A DNA stretch of 64,000 bases from positions 88,274 through 152,273 of the forward strand of contig NW_004797546.1 of NCBI RefSeq assembly GCF_000002075.1, given 5' to 3'. Shown piece by piece: positions 63,716-64,000 of the stretch; the first letter of the stretch is position 1, and every line of letters begins with the position of its first letter. The position numbers and the translations under genes were made by a program. The notes under the pieces were generated by a model, which did not search any database, was not told the origin of the DNA, and saw only the letters and a program-made list of their open reading frames with translations. The stretch comes from Aplysia californica (taxonomy: Eukaryota).

Positions 63716-64000
63716 AAATATATATTATTATCATTATTTATGCTTTTATCAAGGAGACTTCACACATGTACTTCTTTGGTGACATAACAAGTGCAACGGC
63801 TTGCTTGTGTGTGTGTCTGTTTCTTTGCAAGTATTCGTGTTGTCGCTTGCGTATATTTTATTTCTGTCTTGCTTTGTGTGCACAGAGGCGCGCGTGGGCA
63901 TGTGTGTGTTACATAACTGTTGATGTTTTACACCCCTGTAAACAAAATTTAGGACATTTAGGAGGATGGCTACTTCCACCCAGTCTGTCAGGGCCAACCG

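Overview
AT-rich, intron-containing animal genomic DNA from a draft assembly with N-gaps beside microsatellites. The repeat content looks molluscan, possibly gastropod (inference). Genes: (1) two near-identical copies of an intronless, highly divergent rhodopsin-class (class A) 7TM receptor ORF at 2562-3713 and 5804-6955 (+); (2) a complete 9-coding-exon TEX2 (Nvj2-like SMP-domain ER contact-site protein, ~1055 aa) on the minus strand, 43972->27993; (3) the first four coding exons of IRE1/ERN1 on the plus strand, starting at 49736/49751, head-to-head with TEX2 across a ~0.4 kb putative bidirectional promoter; (4) a possible 20-nt microexon plus terminal exon of an unidentified gene bracketing the receptor copies. 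Introns and intergenic DNA hold a decayed Academ transposon (TIRs, 3-bp TSD), piggyBac-, Merlin-, pogo/Tigger- and hAT-like MITEs, tRNA-derived SINEs and LINE-tail elements. Most notable: the TEX2-IRE1 divergent gene pair, apparent de novo gain of palindromic AGATCT/AGGCCT motifs just downstream of that promoter, and a candidate in-frame alternative last exon giving an SMP-less TEX2.
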